A program made the position numbers and the translations under genes. Positions 7,695 to 9,200 of a stretch of 9,200 nt of DNA are shown here, one piece after another. The stretch's first letter is position 1, and each line of letters starts with the position of its first letter. The notes under the pieces are model-generated. The model saw only the letters and a program-made list of their open reading frames with translations, did not search any database and was not told the DNA's origin. Source of the stretch: a virus (taxonomy: Duplodnaviria; Heunggongvirae; Uroviricota; Caudoviricetes); the IMG/VR virus record IMGVR_UViG_2850808358_000007, positions 1 to 9,200 of that record; one strand, written 5' to 3'.

Positions 7695-7838
7695 ACACAG
7701 GCTAAGGAGGTGGTTCCTGGTACAGCTAGCATTTTATGGGTTATGTTTTTCAGCGAAACGGATGATAACCTTAATAAATGCAGCTGTATGTGATCGGTTT
7801 CTAAGAATTTTCCATCCGGGAAAAATAATCGAAATTAA

Positions 7839-9200
7839 TCACTTACCGTGGGGGTTACGCGTGGTTTCCCCGGAGAAATTACGCATTAGCAGCGCGTAAT
7901 TTAGCTCAAGATCCTGCGGGACCGGGAGCCACACAGTATAACCATCGCCTGGTGCGACCGGCATAGCTTCGCCTTTGGCGTTTTCCATGTGCTCAAGGGT
8001 AAAGTTAATGTTGCCTTGCGGCGTCATCAGCTCAAGACTGTCGCCAACGGAGAATTTATTTTTCACCGCTACCGCTGCGAGGTCCCCCTTGCGCTCACCG
8101 GTAAACTCACCAACAAACTGCTGGCGGTCAGAAACTGAATAACCGTATTCGTAGTTCTGATAATCGTCGTGAGTATGACGACGCAGGAAACCTTCGGTAT
8201 AGCCACGATGCGCCAGACCTTCCAGAGTTTCCAGCAGGCTGGTATCGAACGGTTTTCCCGCAGCGGCGTCATCGATAGCTTTGCGGTAAACCTGTGCGGT
8301 GCGTGCGCAATAGTAGAAAGATTTGGTACGACCTTCGATTTTCAGCGAATGCACGCCCATTTTGGTCAGGCGTTCTACATGGGCGATGGCGCGCAGATCT
8401 TTCGAGTTCATGATGTAAGTGCCGTGCTCATCTTCAAACGCGGTCATATACTCGCCAGGACGCTGGGCCTCTTCGATCATAAACACTTTGTCGGTTGGCG
8501 CGCCGATACCCAGCGTCGGCTCAACATTTTGCACCGGAATCGGCTCGTACTTGTGTACGATGTTGCCAACGTCATCTTCTTTCCCTTCCTGGACGTTGTA
8601 CTCCCAGCGGCAGGCGTTGGTGCAGGTACCCTGGTTCGGATCGCGCTTGTTGATATAGCCAGAGAGCAGGCAGCGACCGGAGTAGGCCATGCACAGTGCG
8701 CCGTGAACGAAGATCTCGATCTCCATATCCGGCACCTGATTGCGGATCTCTTCAATCTCTTCAAGCGACAGCTCGCGAGAGAGGATCACGCGGGTCAGGC
8801 CCATTTGCTGCCAGAATTTCACCGTCGCCCAGTTTACGGCGTTAGCCTGCACCGAGAGGTGGATCGGCATTTCAGGGAAGTGCTCACGCACCAGCATAAT
8901 CAGCCCTGGATCGGACATAATCAGCGCATCCGGCCCCATTTCCACCACCGGTTTCAGGTCACAGATAAAGGTTTTCAGCTTGGCGTTGTGCGGTGCAATG
9001 TTGACCACGACATAAAACTTTTTCCCCAGCGCGTGGGCTTCATTGATGCCGAGCTGAAGATTTTCGTGGTTGAATTCGTTGTTGCGCACACGTAGGGAGT
9101 AACGCGGCTGGCCCGCATAAACAGCATCTGCGCCATAAGCGAAAGCGTAACGCATATTTTTCAGCGTTCCCGCCGGGGAAAGGAGTTCCGGTTTAAACAT
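7839..9200 (-). CDS. yegQ: Peptidase U32 family protein YegQ (TrhP, linked to tRNA U34 hydroxylation)
   Basis: 453-aa ORF, MFKPELLSPAGTLKNMRYAFAYGADAVYAGQPRYSLRVRNNEFNHENL..., matching the length and sequence I recall for E. coli YegQ. The start codon is at the last base of the window. A convergent ogrK lies next to yegQ in E. coli K-12. Confidence 0.9.
   Translation of the reverse strand: MFKPELLSPAGTLKNMRYAFAYGADAVYAGQPRYSLRVRNNEFNHENLQLGINEAHALGKKFYVVVNIAPHNAKLKTFICDLKPVVEMGPDALIMSDPGLIMLVREHFPEMPIHLSVQANAVNWATVKFWQQMGLTRVILSRELSLEEIEEIRNQVPDMEIEIFVHGALCMAYSGRCLLSGYINKRDPNQGTCTNACRWEYNVQEGKEDDVGNIVHKYEPIPVQNVEPTLGIGAPTDKVFMIEEAQRPGEYMTAFEDEHGTYIMNSKDLRAIAHVERLTKMGVHSLKIEGRTKSFYYCARTAQVYRKAIDDAAAGKPFDTSLLETLEGLAHRGYTEGFLRRHTHDDYQNYEYGYSVSDRQQFVGEFTGERKGDLAAVAVKNKFSVGDSLELMTPQGNINFTLEHMENAKGEAMPVAPGDGYTVWLPVPQDLELNYALLMRNFSGETTRNPHGK

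Noticed and set aside
7807-7823. Possible terminator hairpin downstream of yegQ (TTTTCC-atccg-GGAAAA)
   Set aside because: The stem is short and AU-rich with no convincing GC clamp, so it is not a confident intrinsic terminator. The strong hairpin at 7579-7603 may instead act bidirectionally.
7695-7838. Strong Shine-Dalgarno-like CTAAGGAGG at 7701-7709 in the att-to-yegQ spacer, as a possible start of a small gene
   Set aside because: No start codon at suitable spacing followed by a meaningful open frame. Stops occur within a few codons in all frames.
8169-9095. 308-aa plus-strand ORF overlapping yegQ
   Set aside because: Antisense to the full-length, conserved yegQ reading frame. It is a long open frame by chance and has no start-site support.
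1-9200. Novel defence system, CRISPR array, tRNA or other undescribed system
   Set aside because: No direct-repeat arrays, no tRNA-like structures, and no unexplained ORFs. Every long ORF is accounted for by the IS transposase, P2-type tail/late genes or yegQ. The P2 accessory hotspots (Z/fun upstream of FI, and old/tin) would lie outside this window.

Overview
This window is the right arm of a decaying P2-like (Peduovirus-type) prophage, interrupted at its left edge by an IS3-family insertion sequence and ending in the host gene yegQ. Reading left to right: (1) an IS3-family element (IS600-like by recollection) on the minus strand, 1..~1221, with orfA, orfB and a -1 frameshift site, running off the left edge of the window; (2) a 5'-truncated tail sheath gene (FI) starting at the IS junction; (3) an otherwise syntenic P2 tail/late block FII, E and E+E', T, U, D, ogr on the plus strand, in which the tape measure gene T is split across three reading-frame segments; (4) a rho-independent terminator after ogr and a sequence I recognise as the P2 27-bp attachment core (attR); (5) host yegQ (peptidase U32 family, 453 aa) on the minus strand, with its start codon at the last base of the window. 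I do not see a novel defence or other undescribed system here: every sizeable ORF is accounted for by the IS, the phage tail genes or yegQ. The main points of interest are the IS insertion, the disrupted tape measure gene, two programmed frameshift sites and the attR boundary. All gene identities rest on recalled protein lengths and sequences plus gene order, not on a database search.
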